The notes under the pieces are model-generated. The model ran no database searches. It worked only from the letters and a program-made list of their open reading frames with translations, and had not been told where the DNA came from. Positions 31,901 to 43,400 of a stretch of 64,000 nucleotides of DNA are shown here, piece after piece; positions within the stretch are counted from its first letter, which is position 1; each line of letters opens with the position of its first letter. The stretch comes from Sphagnum compactum (lineage: Eukaryota). The DNA is taken from positions 17,908,213-17,972,212 of the forward strand of contig OZ234493.1 of the NCBI GenBank assembly GCA_965153455.1, in the 5' to 3' direction. Made by a program: the position numbers and the translations under genes.

Positions 31901-34900
31901 GTAGTTGTACTCTGGGTTTTATTGTCTTTGCAGGTAACTTTAAATAGATGAAAATATAAACATTTACATGTCCTTCTATATTTCTGGCTACCTAGAACCA
32001 CATATAGGAATCTAACCATTATCATTAATTTTTCTTCCAATTCTAGTCATTGATTACACCAATCGCCCTGGGAACCCTAAACCCTAAACCCAATTTTTGC
32101 ATTTTAGTTTTGAATTTTGCTTTTGGCAAAGTTTCAATAGTAGAGAAAAAGGCTGCTTTGGGTCAGTTAAATCTATTGCTTTTGTTGGTGAACTCTTTAA
32201 TGACTTCTGATAAGCCATTAATCTGGTGAAAAATGGCCCAAATTTGCCAGATTTTGAATTTTTAAAAAAATTCCAAATCGTTGGATTCTTATAATAAGTT
32301 CCAGAAAGATATCCAGGAATATAGAAGGATTCAATTATGTAGCTATATTACAGGTGATTCTATTTTTAAAAAGGTCTATCTATTATGTAGCCAAATTTGG
32401 CTAAATTATTTTCTGAATGATTGCCACTTTGACTACATCACAAAATCCTTAAAAGAAACCATGTCATGCCAGAAAAACTTTGAAGCTGATTTGCAACAGC
32501 AACAAACAAAACAAACAGCAGAAAAAATAAATTTAAACTGTGGAAATTTTCAAAAAAACAAAATGTCAACAACAACAAAACAATCACTGACTTTAAGAGA
32601 AAAAGGAAAACTTTGAACCTGAAATGCAACAAGCAAACAAACAAAGAACAGTCGAAGGAAATTGCAAAGCAGCTACTGCATCTTCATACTGGGTTTTCCA
32701 ACTGCATCTTCAGATTTATAAGAAGATGGAGGAAGTCATGAGGCGTGTGATGCAAGCAAGAGCTCTGTTGTTGTTGTGTTGAAGTAGTGCAGCTGCCATG
32801 GATAACCGACCAAGGCTGTGTTTGTCGTCAGAGGAAGAAGTGAGGAAGGGTTTCCTTTGAGAATCATTGTTAGGTTTAATAAGGTCACGTGTGTAGGTAG
32901 TCTTTAGACTTTACCGATGGCCTCCGTGGTCTCAACAGTTGAAAATTTTGGGGCTATGGCTTTTATTGTTTTGTTTTGTTTTGGTTTGCAATTTAGGCTC
33001 TATGACTTGTGGTACTAGTGCCTGTTAATAAACGTGGGTTATTCTTTCTTGGTAGTTGGTCCCATAGTATATACCTTACTTCCTTACTTACAATTTAGCG
33101 TCATTAAGTGGGCAAAATTTCAGGCTAATTTTGGCTCTTGTGAATAAAGTATTGAGGATGTTCATCCTTGCTTTTGAAACCCCAATCAACATTTCATAGG
33201 CAAGTAGGTTTTTGCAACTATGTGAACAATGTGGGTAAAGTACTAAGGGTGGGGTCATACTTTGCTTGAAGCCCAAATCAAAATTTCATAGGCTAGTTTT
33301 AGTACTTGTGTGCAAAAACAATTGAGGTTGGTCATTCTTCCTCCCAAGCTAAATCAAAATACCAGGCTAGTTTTGACACTTTGTGTGAAAATGAGGTGGG
33401 TCATCCTTGCTTGGAAGCCAAATCAAAATTTCACCATATGTGTCAGGGGCAATGTTTTTATTTTCTTGGCAATTTTTTTGTTATAGCCAAAGTAGCAATG
33501 ATCCACAGGAAGATTTAGCCAGATTTGGCTACAAGCCAAATATGAAAGTAAATTTCTTAAAACATCCTTTCATATATCTGGCTACTTACTTGAACCATGT
33601 ATAGATATAAAAAGGTTGAAAATCTCAAAAAAGCACATGATTTTAACAGTTTTAATTTTTAAATTTGATTTTAGCTATATTTAGCCAGCGAAGAAAAGGC
33701 TTGTCAGGGGTGATGGCTCAGCATGGTACCACAAAAGTCTGGGGTTCAAACTTGTCGTATTGCATAAAACACCTGCTGTATTTTTTGTAGTGTAAATTTA
33801 GGATGGTTTTCAGCTGGGTAACATATTTGCAATTCATATTATTTCATTCACGGGTGCGCTCACAAATTTTTTTCTTTCTTTTAAAGGAGCCATGGCCCAA
33901 TAGAAGCACCTCTCTGAACCCCCAGTTGCAAAATGGAAATAAATGTGCTCCTCAAGTTTTCACCTTTTCAGTTTATATACAGCAAGTTGAACTTGGGCAA
34001 AACCATATGGGATAAAACCAAGGTGCTATTTGGAACATCTTGGGGAAAGTATTTGAGAACACTTTGGGAATTATTTGGGAACCCTGTGTGAACATAAAGA
34101 GAACACTTTGGGAACAAAGTGGGAAAAAAAATTTCCCTCCCCCCCTCCCCCTCCCCCAAGAAAAATAACTGCACTTTTTTCCACTGCATGCTAAGCCTTC
34201 TCATTGACTGCATGAAATTTTTCTTTCCAAAATTGTTCTTTAATACCCCCTTCCAAGAGCCGGGGCACCAATTCAGCTGGAAGATGGCATTCGTAATGAC
34301 GGAATTTGTACGATACCGATTTTGAAATTTGTCTTTCTAGCCCAAAAAAACCTCTTTTACTTCTTGCATTTCTTTTACTTTATGGAAATGTGACAATTTT
34401 AAAGGTGCCAGCCTTTCCTTTCGGTGGTGGAGTGAGTTTCGTGCAATCACTTTACAACCTCAGAAAAAAAACTTCAATCGGTAAAGAAGTACCTCAGTTC
34501 TTTACAGCGAGAAGATAGACCCTTCTCCTATACCAACAATTTGTCGGTCAAGTTCACATTTGGCACTTGTGTGAAGAACAATGGCAGGTCACTCTTTCTC
34601 CAAACCCAAATGGAAATTTCAGGCTAACTTCGGGGCTTGACACTTTCGTGAATGATAAAGTGCACTATTTGTTCTTGAAATCCGAAAAAGGTAAATTCAC
34701 CCTAATGTTGACATTTGATACTAATCCTCACCATAACATAATTTTTGCTCGAAACCCAATAGAAAATTCCAGGCTACTTTTGGCACTAGTTCAAATACTG
34801 AGTGGTTCATTCTTTCTTGGAACCTGCGAATCCAAATTTCAGGCTAATTTTCACACTTGTGGAAACCATGAAAATCTCAAGTTAATTTTGAGACTTGTGA

Positions 34901-36104
34901 GAATAATAAGGGGGTTGTCATAGTACCTTTATCATTTTGGCAATGAACTGCCAAATAATTATTTCAATTTAAAATCTTACCTTCAGCACTTCAGCACCTG
35001 GTTTTTTAATATTCTGAAATTTTTGGTAGGTAATAATTATATAAAATAATAAATAGAATTTTATTAATGTTATGGAACAAGCTCGTGTATCTAGACTGTT
35101 TCAGTTCAACAGACAGTTGAACTTTTTAAGTTTATTAAAATTTCTACACAAATAATGAATAATTTTTCAAAAATTCGACAAAACAAAAAATAACTTAATT
35201 TATACCGAAATGGTAAAGTTACTACGATAGCTGTCCAATGTTGAGTCTTCTTCCCTAGCATCACTAGGGCAAACTAGGGCAAATTTTCATCCTTCATAGG
35301 GGGAGGCAAAGAAAAGAAATTCATTCTATTTCATCACATATTGTCTTGGATGAGGTTGTTAGTTGCCAAAACGCATCCAAGTCACTCATCCTCTTCGCTA
35401 GGATGAAGTGAGGTATAATGAACATGAGATCCATACCCTTGCCTCATTGCTCCTCAAACCCTACCCACCATCCCCACCAACAATTACAAAAAACATTATT
35501 GGTGCCATTTTGCACTCACACCATTGTTTCATTTGTCGACAGCTGATCTGCAAGTTTTTCACCAAATAGGTGTACCATGATGTTGTGTAGATTGCTAAAA
35601 TCCAATTCTAGGTGACTAGTTAGTTGTAACATTTGCAAGTTCAAGAAACAACATCCTACTTGTTGTTCTTGAAAGTTGAAATGGCCACTCCCAATTCAAG
35701 CTTTACTTGCTCGATTTATGACAAGATTTGTTACTCCCGCTCTTCCAAGTATGAAGTTGCTTGTCGAATTTTTTAATAAATGGATTTGTGCAAATTTAAT
35801 GGAATAGGTGTTTTTAATTTTGAAGAGATGCAAAGGAGAGAATTTTTATTCTAGAAACACAAAGTATGCATTTTTTAAGTTTTTAGTTTTCAGAATTTAT
35901 AGTTTTGTAGTGTTTTCTGAAGTTCAATATGGTCTTTGTGAGTTTTCTAGTTTTTAATTTGCTCTTTTAAGGTGATATGTTCTTTATGAGGTTTTATCAT
36001 TATTCATAGCTTGGGCATTCCATCATGTTTTCTTCAAATTTTTCAACATTTCAATTCGTTCAGAAACCCAAAGCCTTTGCACACAACCTTTGCACACAAC
36101 AATT

Positions 36105-39100
36105 GTTGGGTTTATCCACATCATGAAATGCAAGGTCTATTCTTTAATTACAAACAAGGACAAGGTTGTTCATTGTAAATGGGATATTTAAACAAAAACA
36201 TCCAATTTATATTGTTGTGCATGATATATTAAGGTTTGGAGTGAAAAAAGGTGGGGATACATTGCAAAAGATTGTGCACCCTTTAAAAATATGTGCTTGT
36301 ATACTTATTATGGTCCTCATTTGGTTTTGGTCAAAATAACCAAACTTATAAATGAATGAATTGTTCAAATGAAGACATTGTTTCATGTTTTGGCCCATGG
36401 TTGACCAATGTTGGAATATGAAACCATGTATCAACTATTTGTTAGTTTAGGGGTCTTAAACAATCTAACAATCCACTGATTTGATTTTGTTATTGGATCC
36501 TTGTTGAAGATATGTACATCGAAGTCTATAATGCTACTATTAAGGCTATACAATCTACTCAATTTATAGCTTGTTCATATGACAAAGTTGCAACAATCAA
36601 CAATCGATGTTGGATTGTGTCCATGCATATGTGGTTGAATCTTGGACCATGGTAGTTATCTTGGTGTGTGTTGAAAAGGTTGTGTACAAATTAGGCTTAA
36701 ATAACTTCATTAAAATGATTATGAATGCATTTATGAATTGTGGGGGGATGATTAGGGAGGATCTATCTAATAAGCTTTTGTGTTTTGGTGTAGATGGTGT
36801 TTTGATAGTTCAAAGGGGAAAAATAAGAGTCACGTAAAAAATAATAAAAAAATCATGGGCACCATTTTTTATGGGCGTTCATTTTGTTGTTCAGAGTAAC
36901 TTGACAATTCAATCCTTGTCTGGCATAAAGATTGAGTCTTCATGATGAACTTGTATGGTGATTTCAACCTTTCACTCAAAAAACATTTGGAGTTTGAATA
37001 CTAGCTCAAATTTTGGAAATCAATGACAATTTTTTTTAAAAGAATGTTAAAACAAGGTGGATGTCGATGTTGGAGTCATTAAAGAAAATCATGACATAAT
37101 ATCGTCCATTGCTTGCAATGATGTAAATTAATTACAATTCAACCCTAAGTGGCCAAGGTGAAACATAACTTAATTGGTTTTTGTCAATTTATTTGAAGTT
37201 GTTTGTGATGTGACAAATTTGGAAACTTGAATAAATAAGCTCAAAATCTTTGAATTGTGTGGGAAATAACAAAGGCAAAGGTTGAATGACTTTTAAATAT
37301 TTCTGGTGAGTCATTTGTGATGTGGCAAATTTGGAAAGTTGAATGTATACTATTCAAAATATTTGAATGGCTTTGTAAATGGCAAAGGCATATCTTGAAT
37401 GATTTTTATAAAAAATGGTGATTGGTTTGTGATGTGGAAAATTTGGAAAGTTGAATGCAAAATGTTGAAAATATTTGATTTGGTTGGTAAATGGCAAAAA
37501 TGAAGTTGAATGGTTCTTCTAAAAAATTGTGAATGGTTTGTGATGTGTTAGACTTGGAAAGTTGAATGCAAAATGTTGAAATTTTTTGCTTTGTTTAGTA
37601 AGTGGTAGAGGCATATTTTGTATTTGTTTTTAAAAAAAATTGTGAGTGGTTTGTGATGTGGTAGATTTGGAAAGTTAAATACAAAATATTGAAAATATTT
37701 GATATGATTGGTAAATGGTAGAGGTGAATCTTGAATGTGTTTTTAAAAGAAATTTTGAATTGTTTGTGATGTGGTATATTTCGAAAGTTGGATGGACAAT
37801 GCCCAAACATTATGAGAAATTATGTCCATGACAACTTCACTATTTGCAACTAGAGCTTTGAAAATTTACTTTGGAATTACATTGTAACTTTCCCATGAAA
37901 ATATGAGGAACTAAAAAATAAAATGTCATGTCAAAATTCATGGAGTTCTATTGTAACTACATATTAGTCACAAGATGGACCCCTATATGGATGAATGTAT
38001 GTATTGTATATATAGTTTTGATAATTATGTTTGACTTTGTTAACAAGTTGCATTAAAGTCATATATGATGATTATAATACAATTGGAATAAATGAAATAG
38101 TTTTTTTGCAACTACTTTACAACTACTACCTACAATAATAATATAAATATTATTTACTTATTATAAATATTAAATATTAAATATCATTATTATACATTAG
38201 TATCTAGATTCTAAATTAATTGTTAATATACTTAGTAGATAAACTATGTTAATGTAGAACCATCTACCACCCATTGTTGGTCGATGATTGAACGATTTTG
38301 GATTTTTATTGTTTTTTATCTATTTTATGTGATGCAAAGCATTATGGGAATGTTAAAATAAAACTTTACATTATATGTTCAAACTCTAAGGGCAAATAAA
38401 CAACATAGAAAAACACAAAACATGTCAATAAACATAGTGTGTTTTTAAAGAAAATGACTGTTTATTTCGAAATCTCGTATTTTCCTTGTTTCTTACCCAT
38501 TTTTAACAATTTAAAGTGTTATGGGTGTGTCAAGTTAAGATCTAAATATTATTTGAATTCCAAAAATGAAAAGAAACACAAAAGAGCCATGAAGAAATGA
38601 ATGTGCTGAATTTCAAAGTGTGAATTATGTTAGTGACCAATCCTTGACCCTACTTACTTTTGACAACCATATCTTTTTCATTTTATTTTGTTTTTGAGTT
38701 ATTTAACCAATTGTAAGTGCACTAAATTAAGGTCTAAAATAACCTTTTGCATTTGAAAGGCAAGGGACAATGTATTAGGATCCAAAGCTCTCTAAGAGCT
38801 TAAATGTTGGCTCATTGGCATGTTTTATAATAATTGTAAATGAGTTGCAACTAGGATGCAATTAATTTTTTTATCCCATATTATTTGTCCTACCTTTCAA
38901 GTTTGTAAAATATATATAATTAAGTGCATTAGGAGTATTAAAAAACAAATGACACCTGGTATAAGCCAATAACAAAAGGTTTGGCCTTAAAAGGTAAACC
39001 CAAAATAAAATATGATTATCCCAAATGACCAATCTACCTAACCTAAAAATTGTAAGTAGTGATGCCTACCTATTTTAAGACTACATATTTTATTGGCCCT

Positions 39101-41400
39101 AAGTTGAATGACATACATTAAATTATTAAAGATATTAAATATCAAAATAAATTTAGAATTCTCACATGTCCATTGATGATTTGTGAATAGATCATTGTCA
39201 CATCAACACATTGTTGCCTATGTAGTTACAACATAATGACATGATAGTTGTAATGCAACAACATATTATTACAACATAGTGATAAAGTAGTTGTAACATA
39301 GTGGTATAATAGTTGCAATGATGTAGTTGCAACATAATTGCATGAGTTGCATATGTATAATTTCATAGATGATGAATTGTGCTATTGCAACTTTTACAAC
39401 ACATCTGATGGCACTCAAGCTATAGAAATATGTTGAATTGCAAATGGTTGTGGCATGCAAATGGTTATTGTAAACTAAAATTACAACTAAAACCCAATTA
39501 CAAGCCTAGTTGCAAAACACCTATTTTTTCATAATGAAAATCTTTCATTTGTTTGGTAAATGGCAAAGGCATATATTGAATGGTTTTTAAAAGAACATTG
39601 TAGGTGGTTTATGATATGGAAAATTTGGAAACTTGAATGTGAATGTTCAAAATATTTGATTTGTTTAGTAAATGACAAAGGCATATATTGAAATTTAAAA
39701 AAAAACCTTATGGGTGGTTTGTGATGCAACAAATTTGAAAAGTTAAATGCAAAAGTTCAAAATATTTGATTTTTTTGGCAAATGGCAAATGAAAATCTTG
39801 GATGGTTTGAGATGTTTGTGATGTGGCATATTTGAAAAGTTCAATGCAAAATGTAATAAAATGAAATTCATGGTTTTGGGTTTTGTTCTTTTAAAAGTTG
39901 AAATCAATGAGTGTGCACACGATGATGACATTTTCCTATGCTTAAAGTTCATGATTTTTTTTCACGTTATAGAATGCTACAAAGAGTGGGCCCCTACTTG
40001 TCATATATTTATTAGTAATTACTTTGTTGGTTACATAAAGTCTTAACAATGTGGAGTCTAGATTAATTTTCAAAACCTCTCCTCTTCATTGCTACTAATA
40101 TGTAATGGTTTCAAGTTGTTACCACATTTGTATGTGTTTCTTTTGTTATGACCCCCTTCTGTGCATTTCCCATAGTGTCAACTTGGCATTCTATTTCACA
40201 ATTATAATACATGATGATTAATAATGAATAGTGAAATTGGTAGTAGCCACTTGATGATGAGAACATTACAACACTTTATTGCTTAATTTTATTTTTCTTT
40301 GAATGGTTTGTGAAATGGTAGTTATAAAAATTTGAATTTAGGATTATCAAAATCTTTGATTTGTTTAGTAAATGGTAGACACAAATTTTGAATGATTTCT
40401 AGTAAGTTTTTGTGAATGGTTTGTGATGTGGTAGATTTGGAAATTTAAATGTAAAGTGCATAAGTTTTTTAGATGTTTTGGTCCATGGTATAGGCAAAAT
40501 TGAAATCATTTTAATTCAACTATTATGAGTTGTTTGTGATGTGATGTGACAAATTTGGACATTGTAATGTAAAATCGGTCAGTTCTTTGAATTGTGTTGT
40601 CCACGGCACATTTAGAACTTGAAACCATTTAATTAATTTATTTTGGGTTATGATGTGGCAACTATAGAAATTGTAATGTAAAGGGGATTAATTGTTTAAA
40701 TAATTGTTGGAGGCCATGGCAAAAGGCCCATAAAAAGCTGGATACATTTGTGAATTTGGTTTGATTTGTTTATGATATGGTAGATGTAGGAATTTGAATG
40801 CAAAACCAACATCATGCTTGAATTATTTTTTTTATGGAAAATGTAAAAATTGTAATGTTTCTGTTGATTTTTTTCAAGTTTTTTGCTCAAGGGTAGAGGC
40901 AAATGCTCAAGATGATTTTATATTTTCTACTATATTTTTTTGGTTTGTTGTGATGTATCATTTTATTGGTAAGCTATTTGTGACATTCACTTGTTAATGG
41001 GGCTTGCATGTGTGTTGCCATTAGTGGAGACCATGCAATTTCTCTTGAAATTTGTTAAGAAGAGGGATACTTTCATTTGCAAGTTCATAGTCACAATGAA
41101 GGTCTACCAAGGTCAATTGTATACATTGTATTGTGACACCACCTTTTCCTTCCAAGGTGATGAATTCATGTCCTTTCATGGGTTGTCACAATAGGACCAT
41201 CAATAAATCCATAGGATGTGAATGATTGACTACAACACCATTTCCATTCAACATCTTGCATTTTTTTTAAATGATGAAGAAACATGGGTTCATTGGGGTG
41301 CAATTTACCTTAAAACAAGTACAATATGCTTCTTGTCACAAAAGCATCATTTGCACTCATCGTGGAGTTAATGAAATTTAAATGCAAATGTAAGTTCCTA
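36105..41400 (+). mobile_element. Degenerate hAT (ZNF862-like) transposase, split by a satellite-filled interval
   Basis: Fragments FHVLAHG*PMLEYETMYQLF (~36381), CVHAYVV..NNFIKMIMNAFMNCGG..KLLCFGVDG (36607-36837), KNVKTRWMSMLE (~37040) and CDIHLLMGLACVLPLVETMQFLLKF..RDTFIC (~40980-41190); multiple stops and frameshifts. Confidence 0.7.
37200..37800 (+). repeat. ~112-bp satellite, 6 units; further degenerate blocks at ~39540-39860 and ~40290-40960
   Basis: tttgtgatgtg anchor at 37202, 37314, 37426, 37537, 37650 and 37763. Confidence 0.85.
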
Positions 41401-42979
41401 ACCCCCTTAGAATTATATCATTTGTATTGTTTACAAATAAAATATAATGTTCATATGTTTGTGCTTGGATTATGACAAATCTCTTTACATGGTTTGAATG
41501 AATTTATTTTGTGTTGTTTTTTATTATGATGTGACATATTTCCCTTTGTTTTTCATTTTTTTAATCAAATTTGCCACATTGCAATAATGGAAAATTTTCT
41601 TCAAGTTATTATATCAAATGTTGTTATGTTTGTTGAATGGCAAAAGTAATGAACTTACAATTGCAAGATTAGATGTTATATCGCATCAAAGGTGTTACAT
41701 TGCAACAATGCAGCAACAATGATGCAAGGTGTTACATTGCAAGATTAGATGTGATATTATTAATAATTGTAAACTAATGAATTGGATTATCTCCTTTAAT
41801 GATCCAAACCTATCTACCAAATGGTGATTAGAGCAAATGTCTAACCAAATATGAGACACCAATAGCAATAAATTGGGTAATATGTATTGTATTTTTGATG
41901 AAATACAATTGTTTTATGTCTATGAAAGCTAGTAACATCAATAAATGTGCACAAGATGCAATGCTTGTGAAAAGCATTATAGGCCAAAATGATGATTTTT
42001 GATTGGTCAATTACAATCATTGTCTCGTATGGTTACATTTTAAAAGGTCTCTCATCTTATATTGTAGTAGCTTACCTTGACAACTTTGACACATGTTTGT
42101 CAAACAATTAATTAATTTTGAAATTTTCATTTGACAAATGATATATCCTCAAATATTTCATCAAATTCTTTATTTCCTTTAGAATTTGTTTTCCTGATTT
42201 TTTTGAAAATTTCAGCATTTTTGAAAATAATTTAATTAGTTTCAAATTGGCTTAGATACTAATTATTATCTCATTTTTCATGTTTATGAGTGAAGAATAA
42301 GAAAAAATTGACACACTACCTTAGATGTGATAAATAGTGTTGGAGGCCCAAATAGGGGTATGGGTAGAGTTGGTTAGGATCATTCTTTTTTTTTCAAATT
42401 TTGTAACATAATCACAATGAGAGCATTTCGAAACAAATATCAACGCCATTGGTGAGCTTTTTGTACATGACCATTAAAACAATATCCAATAAACATAACC
42501 ATGGCAACACTTTGCCCCAAAGAAGTTTTTGCAATTATGTTATGAAAAAAAAGAAAATTGTCCAAACTTTGGAATGAGTGTCACCTTTTGACAATTTTGC
42601 ATTAAGAAAACAAATGAATTTTGTATCTTGGAGTCGACATTCTATCAATTTATTTTTATCAAGTTATTTTTATCTAACATGTTTCTACTTAATGCACTTG
42701 ACTTTTTTGAACTGCGAGATACTTGAATGAAAGTTCGTTAAGTATTTCATCACACACAATGTTCACCCTAATTAGGTGAAAATAATATTTGCATGTGAGA
42801 TGTTCGCCTCCTGTCAAGAGTAATCGTAAAGTTTGTAACCATTGGTGTGATCTTAAGGTTGCGTGAAGAGTATGTTTTTATTCATCTTTATCCTTTCATT
42901 CTTCCATTGTCAATTTTCAACACACTAGACTTAGAGAAAGATAAATGTTAGTTTGAACATCATCGAAAATTTAAAAAAA

Positions 42980-43400
42980 GATTGATGGTTGGAACCATCA
43001 TAGGGGAGACAAAAGGAAAGGCCAAAAGACGCACAACCCACATGAACCAAAACAAAGGGAGAGAGCTAATCCCTCTTGTGGTAGGAAACTATCTCACCCA
43101 CGGCCCCTTTAATGTCGCCTGCATGCAAATCATAAGCTCTAATAGTAATGAGAGGTCTAAAACAAGCATAATTTGCCAACGCAATCTTCCTCTCTATGGC
43201 AAAGGTTAAAGCACGATGAAAAACAATATTAACATGTTATCTAAAAAATTGAATGCAAAAAGACAAGGATAAATGATCTCCCAATTGTTTGAACACCATC
43301 TCCTTCCTCAAGAAGCCAAAGCAAAACATAAGGCTACTTTACTTGTGACACTTCTAAGAGTCATAACCAATTACTCTTCATCAACCAATCACATTTTCAA
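42980..43400 (-). mobile_element. Degenerate 3' fragment of a probable retroelement ORF
   Basis: The minus strand reads AIERKIALANYACFRPLITIRAYDLHAGDIKGAVGEIVSYHKRD*, which resembles (from memory) a high-copy moss retroelement end; unverified. Confidence 0.35.
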
